Assembly (NCBI GenBank): GCA_963720545.1
Contig: OY970399.1
Coordinates: 1,344,001-1,408,000, forward strand
From: an uncultured Acidobacteriota bacterium
GTDB lineage: Bacteria > Acidobacteriota > Vicinamibacteria > Fen-336
Direction: 5' to 3'
Length of the DNA stretch: 64,000 bases
Of the stretch, positions 37,399 through 48,900 are shown one piece after another. The position numbers and the translations under genes are program-made. The notes beneath the pieces were generated by a model that worked only from the letters and a program-made list of their open reading frames with translations, ran no database searches and was not told the DNA's origin. Numbering within the stretch: position 1 is the first letter of the stretch; every line of letters starts with the position of its first letter.

Positions 37399-38861
37399 TA
37401 GCTCGCGGGCTGCGCGCCCTTCCAGCGCTCGTAGACGGGCGTCACCTCGACGCCGGTCGCCTCACGGCAGATGGCCCACAGCTCGGCGAGCGTGAATGGC
37501 CGCTGCGCCTTTGCGCTCCACGCGACCACGGCGCGCAGCGCGTCGCGCAGGCTGCGCGTGCCGCCGCTGCGCGCGCGGATCAGCGCGTCCATCTCCACCG
37601 CCATCAGCCCGCCGCGCGCAAACACGTTCATGCCGAGGCGGAAGTCGGCCGAGTAGCGGGATGAGGCGATGCGCGACAGCTCGTCGAGCGCAAGGCGCGC
37701 GATCGGCGCCGGTGTCGCAAGCAGCGTCTCGCGGAAGCGCACCGCCACCGCCCCGTCGCGGTAGTCGTCGCCGGTCGCCGGTGCCAGCGAGCGCGCGATG
37801 GCGTCGATCGCCGCGTACTGCGCGAAGCCTTCGCTGAACCAGATGGTGTCGATGAGCGGCGCCCACTCCCACTGGTGCGGAAAGTAACCGGCACCGTATG
37901 CGCGCTTGGGAATCCAGGCGTGCGCCATGTGGTGGGCGTAGAAAAGCCGGCGGCGGGTCTCGGTGATCGGGGCGCTTGCCGACGACTGCACCGAGGTCAT
38001 GCCCACGAGGTGCTCCATACCCATGTCGTAGGCGTGCAGGGGCGAGAGCGGCGCAATCCGCCATTCGCTGAGCGTGTAGTGGGCGAAAGGCGGGACGCCG
38101 CCGAACCAGGTGGCGACGGCGCGCAGCGCTTCGTCCGCAAGCCTGACGACGAGACGGTTGTCGCTCGCGGCCTCGGAGAACGTCGCGACATAGAGCGGCA
38201 CCGCGCTCGCCACTCTCGCGACGCGCAGGTCTGGCCCGGCCAGCACCTGCGAGTCGGCAAGCTCGTAGAAGTTGGCGGCGGCCGCGCGAGCCGGCAGCCG
38301 TGCTTCGAGGGTGGGTGCCAGTGTCAGGAACACCGGCCATTGCGGCGGCGCCTGCACCTCGAGTGCCACGGCTTCGTTCTCGCGCCCTTCGAAGAAGCCG
38401 AAGACGGAATAGCCCAGGAGGCCGATGAAGTGCGGGCGCGCGATCGAGACGTCGGACGCCTGCAGGTTCTCGCGCTCGAGGGCCGCGAGGTCCACCGTGT
38501 ACTCGAGCGCTATCGCGCGCGCGGCATCTCCGCCCTCGGATGCGGCGTCCTTGCCGAAGGCGAAGCGCGGTGCCGGGGGGCCCATCGCGGCGTCGCGGCG
38601 CATGGCGATGATCCCGCCGTGCGCGTCGCGGCCGCGCATGCCGTCGTAATAGCGGTCGTAGGGCGCTTCGCCGTAGCCCATCGGCACCGAGCGCGGCACC
38701 ACGAAACGCGCTCCTCGCGGCAGCGTGCCGCTCCACTCGATGCGCACCGCGATGGTCGGCGAGCCGTCGAGGGTGACGCGGTAGCGCAGCGTCGGCTCGG
38801 CAGCCGCTGTCGCGCCCGCCGTCAGCACCAAGCTCGTGCAGAGAGCCGCGCCGAACCTCAT
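37395..38861 (-). CDS. Secreted M61-like (glycyl aminopeptidase-like) protein with variant HHxxH motif
   Basis: Signal peptide; NFYELADS, GMEH, AHHMAHAW, WFSEGF..Y; no PDZ domain seen. Confidence 0.7.
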   Translation of the reverse strand: MRFGAALCTSLVLTAGATAAAEPTLRYRVTLDGSPTIAVRIEWSGTLPRGARFVVPRSVPMGYGEAPYDRYYDGMRGRDAHGGIIAMRRDAAMGPPAPRFAFGKDAASEGGDAARAIALEYTVDLAALERENLQASDVSIARPHFIGLLGYSVFGFFEGRENEAVALEVQAPPQWPVFLTLAPTLEARLPARAAAANFYELADSQVLAGPDLRVARVASAVPLYVATFSEAASDNRLVVRLADEALRAVATWFGGVPPFAHYTLSEWRIAPLSPLHAYDMGMEHLVGMTSVQSSASAPITETRRRLFYAHHMAHAWIPKRAYGAGYFPHQWEWAPLIDTIWFSEGFAQYAAIDAIARSLAPATGDDYRDGAVAVRFRETLLATPAPIARLALDELSRIASSRYSADFRLGMNVFARGGLMAVEMDALIRARSGGTRSLRDALRAVVAWSAKAQRPFTLAELWAICREATGVEVTPVYERWKGAQPASY

Positions 38862-39394
38862 CGCACCCTCGCCTTTTTCGCCGCAAGCCGCGAGAGTTCC
38901 GCCTGCGCGGAGTCCGCGTCGCGCCGCACCTTGGTGAGCGCGGCCGAGGTTTCGAGGCTGAGGCCCGCCATGCCGACGAGATCGGTGAGCACGCGCAGCG
39001 GCGCGCCGGCGAATCCCCAGGTGGCCGCCTTGCCGAGCACCACCAACCCGCGCGGTCCGCCCGCCGAGCCGAGCGGCAGGGCCAGGATCGAGCCGATGGC
39101 GCGCGCCAGCAGTTGGTCGCGGCCGCGGTCGAAACCGGCGATGCCCGAGACGTCGTCGATGCGGTGCGGTTCCCGGGTGTCCACCAGGTGCAGCAGCAGG
39201 TCGTCGGGCAACAGCGGCTCGCCGTCTTCCGACAGCGCCCAGCGATCGAAGCCGAAGACCCGCGGCAGCACCAGCTCGGCCGCATCGCACGGCACCAGTT
39301 CCCGCAAGTGGCGGGCCAGCGCCGCGATGACGCGGTCGCCACCGTCCCACGTGACCGCTGCGGCAACGTCGAGGAGTCGCGCTGGCAGGTCCAC
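38858..39394 (-). CDS. GAF-like domain hypothetical protein
   Basis: 'GSILALPL...RGLVVLG......F....LRVLTDL' followed by a coiled coil; ATGA overlap with the M61-like gene. Confidence 0.6.
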   Translation of the reverse strand: MDLPARLLDVAAAVTWDGGDRVIAALARHLRELVPCDAAELVLPRVFGFDRWALSEDGEPLLPDDLLLHLVDTREPHRIDDVSGIAGFDRGRDQLLARAIGSILALPLGSAGGPRGLVVLGKAATWGFAGAPLRVLTDLVGMAGLSLETSAALTKVRRDADSAQAELSRLAAKKARVR

Positions 39395-39436
39395 GGTCGT
39401 TCTGGATTCTAACGTCGTGGGTTAGCCTGACCCTTC

Positions 39437-40243
39437 ATGAACGTCCTCGTCATCGGCGACATCGTCGGCAATCCGGGCCGTACCATACTCAAGAAGGCGC
39501 TGCCGATCGTCCTGAAGGAGCACGCGGTCGATTTCTGCATCGCCAACGTGGAAAACGCCGCCGGTGGCTTCGGCGTCACCAAGGAAGTCTGCGACGAGAT
39601 CCTCGACCAGGGCGTCGACTGCATGACCTCGGGCAATCACATCTGGGACAAGCGCGAGATCCTGCCGTTCATCGACCTCATCCCGCAGCTGCTGCGCCCG
39701 CTCAACTATCCGCCGCGGCAGCCAGGCAAGGGCGTCTACGTCGGGCGCTCGCGCAGCGGCGTCGCGGTTGCGACCATCAACGTCAGCGGCCGGGTGTTCA
39801 TGAACGGCGCGATGGACGACCCGTTCACCAAGGCGCGGGAGGCGATCGACGCGCTCGGCAATCGCAATGAGGCGAAGGTCATCATCGTGGACGTCCACGC
39901 AGAGGCCAGCTCCGAGAAGACGGCGCTCGCCAACTACCTCGACGGCAGCGCGTCGCTGGTCTTCGGCACCCACACCCACGTGCCCACGGCCGACGAGCGC
40001 ATCCTCCCCGGCGGCACCGCGTACATCACCGACCTCGGCATGACCGGCCCATACGACTCGGTCATCGGCGTCGAGAAGGAAGTGGTCATCCAGCGCTTCC
40101 TGACCGCGATGCCGGCGCGTTTCGAGACCGCCAAGGGCGACCCGCGCTTCGCCGCCGCGGTCTGCGACATCGACGAAAAGACCGGCCGGGCACGCGGCAT
40201 CAAGCGCCTGCTGCTCGGCGAAAAGGACCTGTCCGGAAAGTAG
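39437..40243 (+). CDS. ymdB: YmdB-family metallophosphoesterase
   Basis: GDIVG.PG, NVENAAGG, TSGNHIWD, DVHAEASSEK, GTHTHVPTAD, TDLGMTGPYDSVIG. Confidence 0.93.
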   Translation: MNVLVIGDIVGNPGRTILKKALPIVLKEHAVDFCIANVENAAGGFGVTKEVCDEILDQGVDCMTSGNHIWDKREILPFIDLIPQLLRPLNYPPRQPGKGVYVGRSRSGVAVATINVSGRVFMNGAMDDPFTKAREAIDALGNRNEAKVIIVDVHAEASSEKTALANYLDGSASLVFGTHTHVPTADERILPGGTAYITDLGMTGPYDSVIGVEKEVVIQRFLTAMPARFETAKGDPRFAAAVCDIDEKTGRARGIKRLLLGEKDLSGK

Positions 40244-40281
40244 ACAGGCTGCTGCCCGCGGCAGCTATACTGCTTGGCCAG

Positions 40282-41637
<1,356 letters not shown>

Positions 41638-41640
41638 GCG

Positions 41641-43056
41641 ATGGCGGAACAGCGCGGCTTCGAGTTCGATGAAAACGCGGCGAGGCGGCAGCCAGCCGCT
41701 GCGCCGCCGAAACCGGTGCGCACGCGCCGCGCGCTCAAGGTCTGGGAGCTGACCGAAGCCATTCAGGGAGTGCTCGAAACCGATTTCTTCGACGTCTGGG
41801 TCGAAGGCGAGATCTCGAACCTCAAGCTGGCGTCGTCCGGCCACTGGTATTTCTCGCTGAAGGACAACCGCGCCTCGATCCGCGCCGTCGTCTGGAAGAC
41901 CGCCACCCAGCTCATTCGCTTCCGCCCGAAAGACGGCCTGTCGGTGGTGGCGCGCGGTTCGGTGCGCGTCTATGCGGTGCGCGGCGAATACCAGATCTCG
42001 ATCGAGGTGCTGGAGCCGCTCGGCAAAGGCTCGCTGCAGCAGGCCTTCGAGGACCTGAAGGAGCGCCTCGCGAAGGAGGGGCTCTTCGATGCGGCGCGCA
42101 AACGGCCTCTGCCGATGCTGCCCCGCTGCCTCGGCATCATCAGCTCGCCCACCGGTGCCGTCATCTCCGACATCCTGCGCGTGCTGCGCACCCGTTACCG
42201 CAACGTGTCCGTGCAGGTCTATCCCGCGCGCGTGCAGGGGCCCGAGGCGGCCGGCGAGATCGTCGCCGGCATCCGCGCCCTCAATCGCCTCGGCGGGCTC
42301 GACGTCATCATCCTGGCGCGCGGCGGCGGCAGCCTCGAGGACCTGTGGCCCTTCAACAACGAGGGCGTGGCGCGCGCGCTCGCGAACTCGAGGATCCCGA
42401 CCATCTCGGCGGTGGGCCACGAGACCGACGTCACCATCGCCGACTTCGTCGCCGACGTCCGCGCCGCGACGCCAACGGCCGCGGCGCTCACCGTGGTCAA
42501 GGCCAAGGAAGACCTCGCGGCGCACGTGGTGGCGCTGCGCAACCGCGCGGCCGCGGGCCTGCGGCTGCGCCTCGAGCGCGTCTCGAGCCGGGTGCGGGCG
42601 CTCACCTCGCATCGCGTCTTCGAGGCCGAGCGCGGCCGGCTGCGTGCGAAGGCACAGCGCACCGACGAGCTGGTGGCGCGCGCCGCGATGCTCCTGGGCC
42701 GCCGGCGCCAGGTGGCGCGCACTGCCCTTGGCGGCGCTGCGCAGCGTCTCGAGCGGTTCCGCTTCGACCGGCAGGTGGCGCTGCGGCGCGACAGCACGAC
42801 AGCCCTCGACGCGCGCCTCGCGCGGGCAGCGGCGCGCACTCTCGAGGCGCGGCGCGGCAGCCTCGCGCGTCTCGCCGGCAAGCTCGAATCGCTTTCGCCG
42901 GTGGCGGTGCTGGCGCGCGGCTACGCGCTCGTCTGGACCGCGGACGGCACCCGGCTGGTGCGGCGCGCGACGGACGTCGCGGCCGGGGACAGGATCAGGA
43001 TCCGCCTGCACGAGGGCACGCTCGACGCCTCGGTGCTGGCCAAGGAGAACGAATGA
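41641..43056 (+). CDS. xseA: Exodeoxyribonuclease VII large subunit
   Basis: WVEGEISN, SGHWYFSLKD, ARGGGSLEDLW.FN, SAVGHETD, RAATPTAAA. Confidence 0.96.
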   Translation: MAEQRGFEFDENAARRQPAAAPPKPVRTRRALKVWELTEAIQGVLETDFFDVWVEGEISNLKLASSGHWYFSLKDNRASIRAVVWKTATQLIRFRPKDGLSVVARGSVRVYAVRGEYQISIEVLEPLGKGSLQQAFEDLKERLAKEGLFDAARKRPLPMLPRCLGIISSPTGAVISDILRVLRTRYRNVSVQVYPARVQGPEAAGEIVAGIRALNRLGGLDVIILARGGGSLEDLWPFNNEGVARALANSRIPTISAVGHETDVTIADFVADVRAATPTAAALTVVKAKEDLAAHVVALRNRAAAGLRLRLERVSSRVRALTSHRVFEAERGRLRAKAQRTDELVARAAMLLGRRRQVARTALGGAAQRLERFRFDRQVALRRDSTTALDARLARAAARTLEARRGSLARLAGKLESLSPVAVLARGYALVWTADGTRLVRRATDVAAGDRIRIRLHEGTLDASVLAKENE

Positions 43057-43337
43057 CCGCAGAAACCCCGCTCAAGTTCGAAGGCGCCCTGGCCGAGCTC
43101 GAACAGATCGTCCAGCGACTCGAGCGCGGCGAGCTGGCCCTCGAGGAATCGCTGGCGCTCTACGAGCGTGGCGTGGCGCTGTCGCGCCTCTGCCACGAGA
43201 AGCTCGAGGAAGCCGAGGGCCGAATCGAATTGCTGCTGAAGGACGGCCGCGGCGACGTCGTCCTCGGCGCCGACGGCAAGCCGAAGACGGCGCCGCTGCC
43301 CGCGGACCCCGCCGACGATGACGACAAGTCCCGCTGA
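43053..43337 (+). CDS. xseB: Exodeoxyribonuclease VII small subunit
   Basis: FEGALAELEQIVQRLERGELALEESLALYERG...C...L..AE. Confidence 0.93.
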   Translation: MTAETPLKFEGALAELEQIVQRLERGELALEESLALYERGVALSRLCHEKLEEAEGRIELLLKDGRGDVVLGADGKPKTAPLPADPADDDDKSR

Positions 43338-44223
43338 GCTCCTCGCCGGCTATCGCGCGGCGGCGGACGCGGCGCTCGAGGAAGAGCTGCCGGCGGCCAC
43401 CGCCTGGCCGGCCTCGCTGCACGCAGCGATGCGCTACAGCCTGTTCGCCGGCGGCAAGCGCATCCGCCCGGCGCTGGTGTTCGCCGCTGCCGAAAGCGCC
43501 GGCGGCAGCTCCACCCAGCCTCTGGTGCTGCAGTTCGCGTGCGCGGTGGAGATGATCCACACGTACAGCCTGATCCACGACGACCTGCCGGCGATGGACG
43601 ACGACGACCTGCGCCGCGGCAAGCCGACCTGCCACAAGGTGTATGGCGAGGCGCTGGCGATTCTCGCGGGCGACGCGCTCCTGACGCGCGCGTTCGAGGT
43701 GCTGGGGCGCGAGGCGCCGGGCGCCGACGCCACCGCACTGCGCCGGCAGCTCGAAGCGACCGCAGTGCTCGCCTCGGCGTGCGGCACCACCGGGCTCATC
43801 GGCGGCCAGGTGGAGGACCTCGCCGCCGAGGGGTGCCCGGTGAATGCCGGAGAACTGGAACGGATTCATCGCGCCAAGACCGGCGCGCTGCTGCGCGCGT
43901 GCGTGGTGGGCGGCGCCATCCTCGTCGGTGCATCCGAGGACACGCGGACGGCGTTCGATGGCTACAGCCGCGACCTCGGCCTCGCCTTCCAGGTCGTGGA
44001 CGACATCCTCGATGCCACCGAGGACGCCGCGCGGCTCGGCAAGACCGCCGGCAAGGACGCGGCTGCCGACAAGGCGACCTACGTGCGCATCCACGGCCTG
44101 GAAGCGGCGCGCGCCAGCACCCGCACCCTGCTCGCGTCGGCGCTTTACTCTCTGGAGCCGCTCGGCCCGGCTGCCGAGCCGCTGCGCCAGCTCGCGCAGC
44201 TGGTGGTCGACCGGCGCGAGTGA
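43318..44223 (+). CDS. ispA: Farnesyl/geranylgeranyl diphosphate synthase
   Basis: GGKRIRP, HDDLPAMDDDDLRRG, KTG, FQVVDDILD. Confidence 0.93.
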   Translation: MTTSPAELLAGYRAAADAALEEELPAATAWPASLHAAMRYSLFAGGKRIRPALVFAAAESAGGSSTQPLVLQFACAVEMIHTYSLIHDDLPAMDDDDLRRGKPTCHKVYGEALAILAGDALLTRAFEVLGREAPGADATALRRQLEATAVLASACGTTGLIGGQVEDLAAEGCPVNAGELERIHRAKTGALLRACVVGGAILVGASEDTRTAFDGYSRDLGLAFQVVDDILDATEDAARLGKTAGKDAAADKATYVRIHGLEAARASTRTLLASALYSLEPLGPAAEPLRQLAQLVVDRRE

Positions 44224-45032
44224 AAGCTCCGCCGCGGGTGCCGCGCGAGCGCCTCGACCGCGCGCTCGTCGCGCGCGGCCACGCCGAGTCGCGCCAGAAG
44301 GCGCAGGCGCTGATCATGGCCGGCAGCGTGCGGCTCGAGGACGAACGCGTCGCCAAGCCGGGCACCCTGGTTTCCGCCGACACCGCGATCGAAGTGGCGG
44401 CGGCGCCCGGGCACGTGGGCCGCGGCGCGCTCAAGCTCGGCCCCATCCTCGAGCGCTTTGCGATCGACGCGCGCGGGCTCACGGCACTCGACATCGGCGC
44501 CTCCACCGGCGGCTTCACCGAGGTGCTGCTCGCGGCGGGCGCGGCGCGCGTCTACGCGGTCGACGTGGGACGCGGGCAGCTGCACGAGCGCCTGCGCACC
44601 GATCCGCGCGTGCTGGTGCGCGACCGGGTCAATGCGCGGACGCTGTCGGCCGCGGTGATACCCGAGCGCGCGGCCATCGCCACCATCGACGTGTCGTTCA
44701 TCTCGGCCGTCAGGGTGCTCGAGGGAGCCGCGGCGGTGCTGGCCGCAGGAGCGCATGTCGTGTGTCTGGTGAAGCCGCAGTTCGAGGTGGGCCGCGGGCA
44801 AGTCGGCAAGGGCGGGCTCGTCAAGGACGCGCAGCTGCACCGGCAGTGCCTGAGCTCTGTTGCCCGCCGGGCGCAGGAGTTGGGCTACTCTCTTCGGGCG
44901 GCGGCGCCGTCTCCCATAACCGGAAGCGAAGGCAACCGTGAGTTTTTCCTGCACCTCGTCTTCGATTCGGGCAGCCCGGCAGCGCGCGCGGAGGAGATCG
45001 AAAGAATGGCCGATCGGGCGGTGAGCGAATGA
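44220..45032 (+). CDS. tlyA: TlyA family rRNA (cytidine-2'-O)-methyltransferase
   Basis: S4 domain RLD..LV..G..ESR.KAQALIMAG; DIGASTGGFT, DVSFIS, LVKPQFE, SPITG..GNREF. Confidence 0.93.
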   Translation: MKAPPRVPRERLDRALVARGHAESRQKAQALIMAGSVRLEDERVAKPGTLVSADTAIEVAAAPGHVGRGALKLGPILERFAIDARGLTALDIGASTGGFTEVLLAAGAARVYAVDVGRGQLHERLRTDPRVLVRDRVNARTLSAAVIPERAAIATIDVSFISAVRVLEGAAAVLAAGAHVVCLVKPQFEVGRGQVGKGGLVKDAQLHRQCLSSVARRAQELGYSLRAAAPSPITGSEGNREFFLHLVFDSGSPAARAEEIERMADRAVSE

Positions 45033-45910
45033 TCGTCGGCATCATCGCGCGCAGCGACCTGAAGGCGGCGGGGCGGGTGCTGGGCGACCTGATCGCGTTC
45101 CTCAACGCACGCAACGCGCGCTGCATTGTCGAGACCGCCACGGCGCGGCTGCTGGACGGTGCGAAGGACGGCTTCAGCGTCGCCTCCGGCGCCGAGATGG
45201 GCAAGGCAGCCGACGTGCTCGTGGTCTTCGGCGGCGACGGCACGCTGCTGCGTGCGAGCCATCTCATCGCCAGCAACGAGACCTTGGTGCTGGGCGTCAA
45301 CTTCGGCAGCCTCGGCTTCCTCACCGAGATCGCGAGCGACGAACTGGAGGCGACGCTCGCCGACGTGCTCGCCGGCAACGCGCGCTTCGAGAATCGCAGC
45401 ATGCTGAGCGCCGCGATCACCCGCGGTGACAAGGAGAGCGAGCGCCACGACATCCTCAACGACGTGGTGGTCAGCAAGGCGTCGGTCTCGCGCATCATCG
45501 AGTTCGACGTCAGCATCGACCGCATTTTCGTCTCGGCGTTCCGCGCCGACGGCCTCATCATTTCTTCGCCCACCGGTTCGACGGCCTACAACCTCGCTGC
45601 CGGCGGCCCGATCCTGCATCCCGACCTGGCCGCGGTGCTGGTGACGCCCATCTGCCCGCACATGCTCAGCAACCGGCCGCTGGTGGTTGCCGACTCGAGC
45701 CGCATCGAGGTGAAGCTGCGCGACAACCGCCACGTGCCGGTGCACGTCAGTTTCGACGGCGAGAGCGGCGTGCCGCTCGAGACCGGCGACACCGTGGTCG
45801 TGACGCGCAGTGCGCGCGTGCTGCGCCTGGTGCGCTCGCCGCGGCGCGATTACTACGACGTCCTGCGCGCCAAGCTCAAATGGGGCGACTCGGCCGTGCG
45901 TCGTCCTTGA
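45029..45910 (+). CDS. nadK: NAD(+) kinase
   Basis: GGDGT, GSLGFL, LND, DGLIISSPTGSTAYNLAAGGP. Confidence 0.95.
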   Translation: MIVGIIARSDLKAAGRVLGDLIAFLNARNARCIVETATARLLDGAKDGFSVASGAEMGKAADVLVVFGGDGTLLRASHLIASNETLVLGVNFGSLGFLTEIASDELEATLADVLAGNARFENRSMLSAAITRGDKESERHDILNDVVVSKASVSRIIEFDVSIDRIFVSAFRADGLIISSPTGSTAYNLAAGGPILHPDLAAVLVTPICPHMLSNRPLVVADSSRIEVKLRDNRHVPVHVSFDGESGVPLETGDTVVVTRSARVLRLVRSPRRDYYDVLRAKLKWGDSAVRRP

Positions 45911-45935
45911 TCCCGGAGCCCTGAACTCAGGAAGC

Positions 45936-48900
45936 ATGTCCTTCCGCATCACGATCCGCGGCACCACCGGCGCGCTCCGCCCGCCCAGCCAGCAGCAGCG
46001 CTTCGCCGTGGCTGCGGTGGCCATCGCGGCGGCCGCCTCGCTCTGCACCGCCTCCTATCACCTCGTGCCGACGAGCGCCGGAATCTGGCGCGGCATGGTG
46101 AACCCGCCGGGAGGGGCGCAGCTGGCGCTCGCCGTCATCCTCGGCGTCATCTTTTCGCTCGGCTTCCTGGGACTGCCGTGGCGCTGCAGCCGGTTGGTGC
46201 GCGTTGGCTTCGTGGCGGCGCTGCCGCTGGTGCCGCTCCTGACCGGCTGGGGCCGGGTGCTGCTCTTCTTCCAGGGCCCGGTGCTGCTGATCATTGTCGC
46301 GGCTGCCATCGGCATGATGCTGGTGCGGCGGCGCCAGCGCAACGAGTACGCGCCGGCACCGTTCGAACTGTTCGCGATTGGTTTCGTGCTGTTCCTGGCG
46401 CTCGGCCTGAGGCTGCCCGGTGCCGCCGGCCCGCAAGGCGACGAACCTCACTACCTGCTGATGGCGCGAAGCCTGGTGGCCGACCACGACCTCGACCTGG
46501 CGAACGACTTCGCGCAGCGGCGATACGCGCCCTTCTACGGAGGGGTGCTCGAAGCGCACACTTCGCCGCGCAGCCCGAAGGGGCGCATCTACGCGGTGCA
46601 CGCGCCGGGCCTGCCGGTGCTGCTCGCGCCGGGCTACGCCGCGGCCGGCTACTTCGGCGCGCGCGTGCTGATCGCGTTGCTCGCGGCCGCCACCGCGGCC
46701 CTCACCTACAGGCTGTGCGCCGAGGTGCTCGCCGATCGCGGCCCCGCGCTCGCCCTGTGGCTGGCGCTCGTCTGCACCGCGCCATTCGCGCTCTACGCGA
46801 CCAGCATCTACCCCGAGATGCCGGCGGCGTTCGCCACCGCGGTGTTCCTGCTGACGAGCCGCAAGGATCCCGGACCGCGCGCCCTCGCTGCCGTCGCGGC
46901 CTGCGCCGCACTCCTGCCGTGGATCCACCCCAAGTTCCTGCCGCTCGCCGCCGCGGGCCTGCTGTTCACGGTGGCCCGCCGCGGACCGCGCGCATGGCGC
47001 CGCGCGGCGGTCGCGGCGTTCGCGCTGTCGCTCGCCCTGCTCGCGTTCTTCTTCCGTTCGCACTACGGCTCGCCCTGGCCATCGGCCGCCTATGGTCCCG
47101 GGTACGGCGGCGATGTCTCGCTGCTGCGCGCGCCGCTGGGACTGCTCGGCTTCCTGTTCGATCGCCAGCACGGGTTGCTGTTCCTGAGCCCGGTGTGGCT
47201 GCTCGCGATTCCCGGCGTGCCGCTCCTGGCCCGCGAGCGCCTGGGCGACGCCTTGCGCGCGGGCCTGTTCGCGGCGGCGTCGCTGCTGGTGGGCGCCAGC
47301 TTCAGCATGTGGTGGGGCGGAGCGTGTCCGCCAGGACGGTTCGTGGTGCCGGCGCTGCCGGCGCTGGCGCTCTTCGTCGGCGCCGTCGCCGTGCGCCGGC
47401 ACGAGGTGACCGCGGCGCTGTGCGGCGTTGGCGCGGCCATCCTGGCGCTCGCGGCCTGGGCGCCACGCGCGCTCCACAACCGCGGCGACGGCGAGAGCGC
47501 GCTGCTGCGCTTCCTGGCGCCCGCGCTCGATCTCGACTCGCGGCTGCCCTCGCTGATCCTCGCCAACGGCGCCGGCATCCTGCTGCTCCTCTGCCTGGTC
47601 GGGGTGCTCACGCTCGCGTGGCGCTACACCCGCTACGGCTCGCTGGCCGGCGTCGCCGGCTACGCCGCTGTGGCGACGCTCGTCGCCGGCACGCCGATCC
47701 TCGACGGACGCGGCGCGACCCAGCAGCTGCTGTCCTTGTGGTGGCAGCCGCGCCTCACCGTCGGCACCACGCCGCCGCCCGCGCTGCGCGACCTGAGCCT
47801 GCCGCTCGACCTGCCGGATGCGCCGTGGGTGCTGGCGAAAGGCGACGAGCGCCACAGCCGGCGCTTCGAACTGCCCGCCGGCGTCTACCGCCTCGAGGCC
47901 GACCTGCGCCGGGAAACGGGTGAAGCCGCGACGCTGCGCGCGCAGTTCTTCGCCGGGGATGCGGTGCTCGCGGCCGGAAACTGGAAGACCGGCGCGGGCA
48001 GCACCCACGTCACTGCCGCGCTCGATGCCACCGTCGAGGAGGGCGCGCGCCGCCTGCAGGTTTCGGTGGCCGCTATCGACGGCCGCAGCCGGATCGCCGC
48101 ATTGCGGCTCATCCCGCTGGCGCTCGCCGCCTCCGCGGACGCAACCGCGGGCAACCTCGATGCCGCGATGAAGCCGCCGACCATGCCGGCCGCATCGCCG
48201 TCGGCGTCGCCGACACCGACGCCGACGCCGAAATCGATGGTCGAGGAGTGGCGCACGCCGACGACGCCGGCGCGCATCGTCGGCCCGATCTACTACGTCG
48301 GCACGCGCGACCTCGGCGTTTACCTGTTCACGACACCGGCTGGCCACATCCTCCTGGACGGTGCCGTCCCGGGTGCCGCGCCCGATATCCTGCGCTCCAT
48401 TCGCACCCTTGGCTTCAAGCCCGAGGATGTCCGCTTCCTGCTCATCAGTCAGGCGCATTTCGACCACGTGGGCACGCTTGCCGCGCTGAAGAAGGCGACC
48501 GGCGCAACTGTGATGGTGATGAGCGGCGACGAGGGCCTGGTGCGCGACGGCGGCGCCAGCGACTACCTGTTCGCGCGCGACCCTGCGATGCGCTTCGAGC
48601 CGGTCGCCGTCGAGCGGGTGCTGCGCGACGGCGAAACGGTTTCGCTCGGCAATATCGCCCTGCGCGCGCTGCGCACCCCCGGCCACACGCCGGGCACGAC
48701 CACCTGGACGACATCGGTGCGCGACCGCGGCCGGCGCTATTCGGTGGTGTTCCCCGGCAGCACCAGCATCAATCCGGGAACGCGCCTTGGCGCGGCACCT
48801 TCCTACCCCGGCATCGCGGACGACCTCCGCCATTCGTTCGAGGTGCTCGCCGGGCTGAAACCGGACATCTTCCTCACCGCGCACGCCGCGGCTTTCGACT

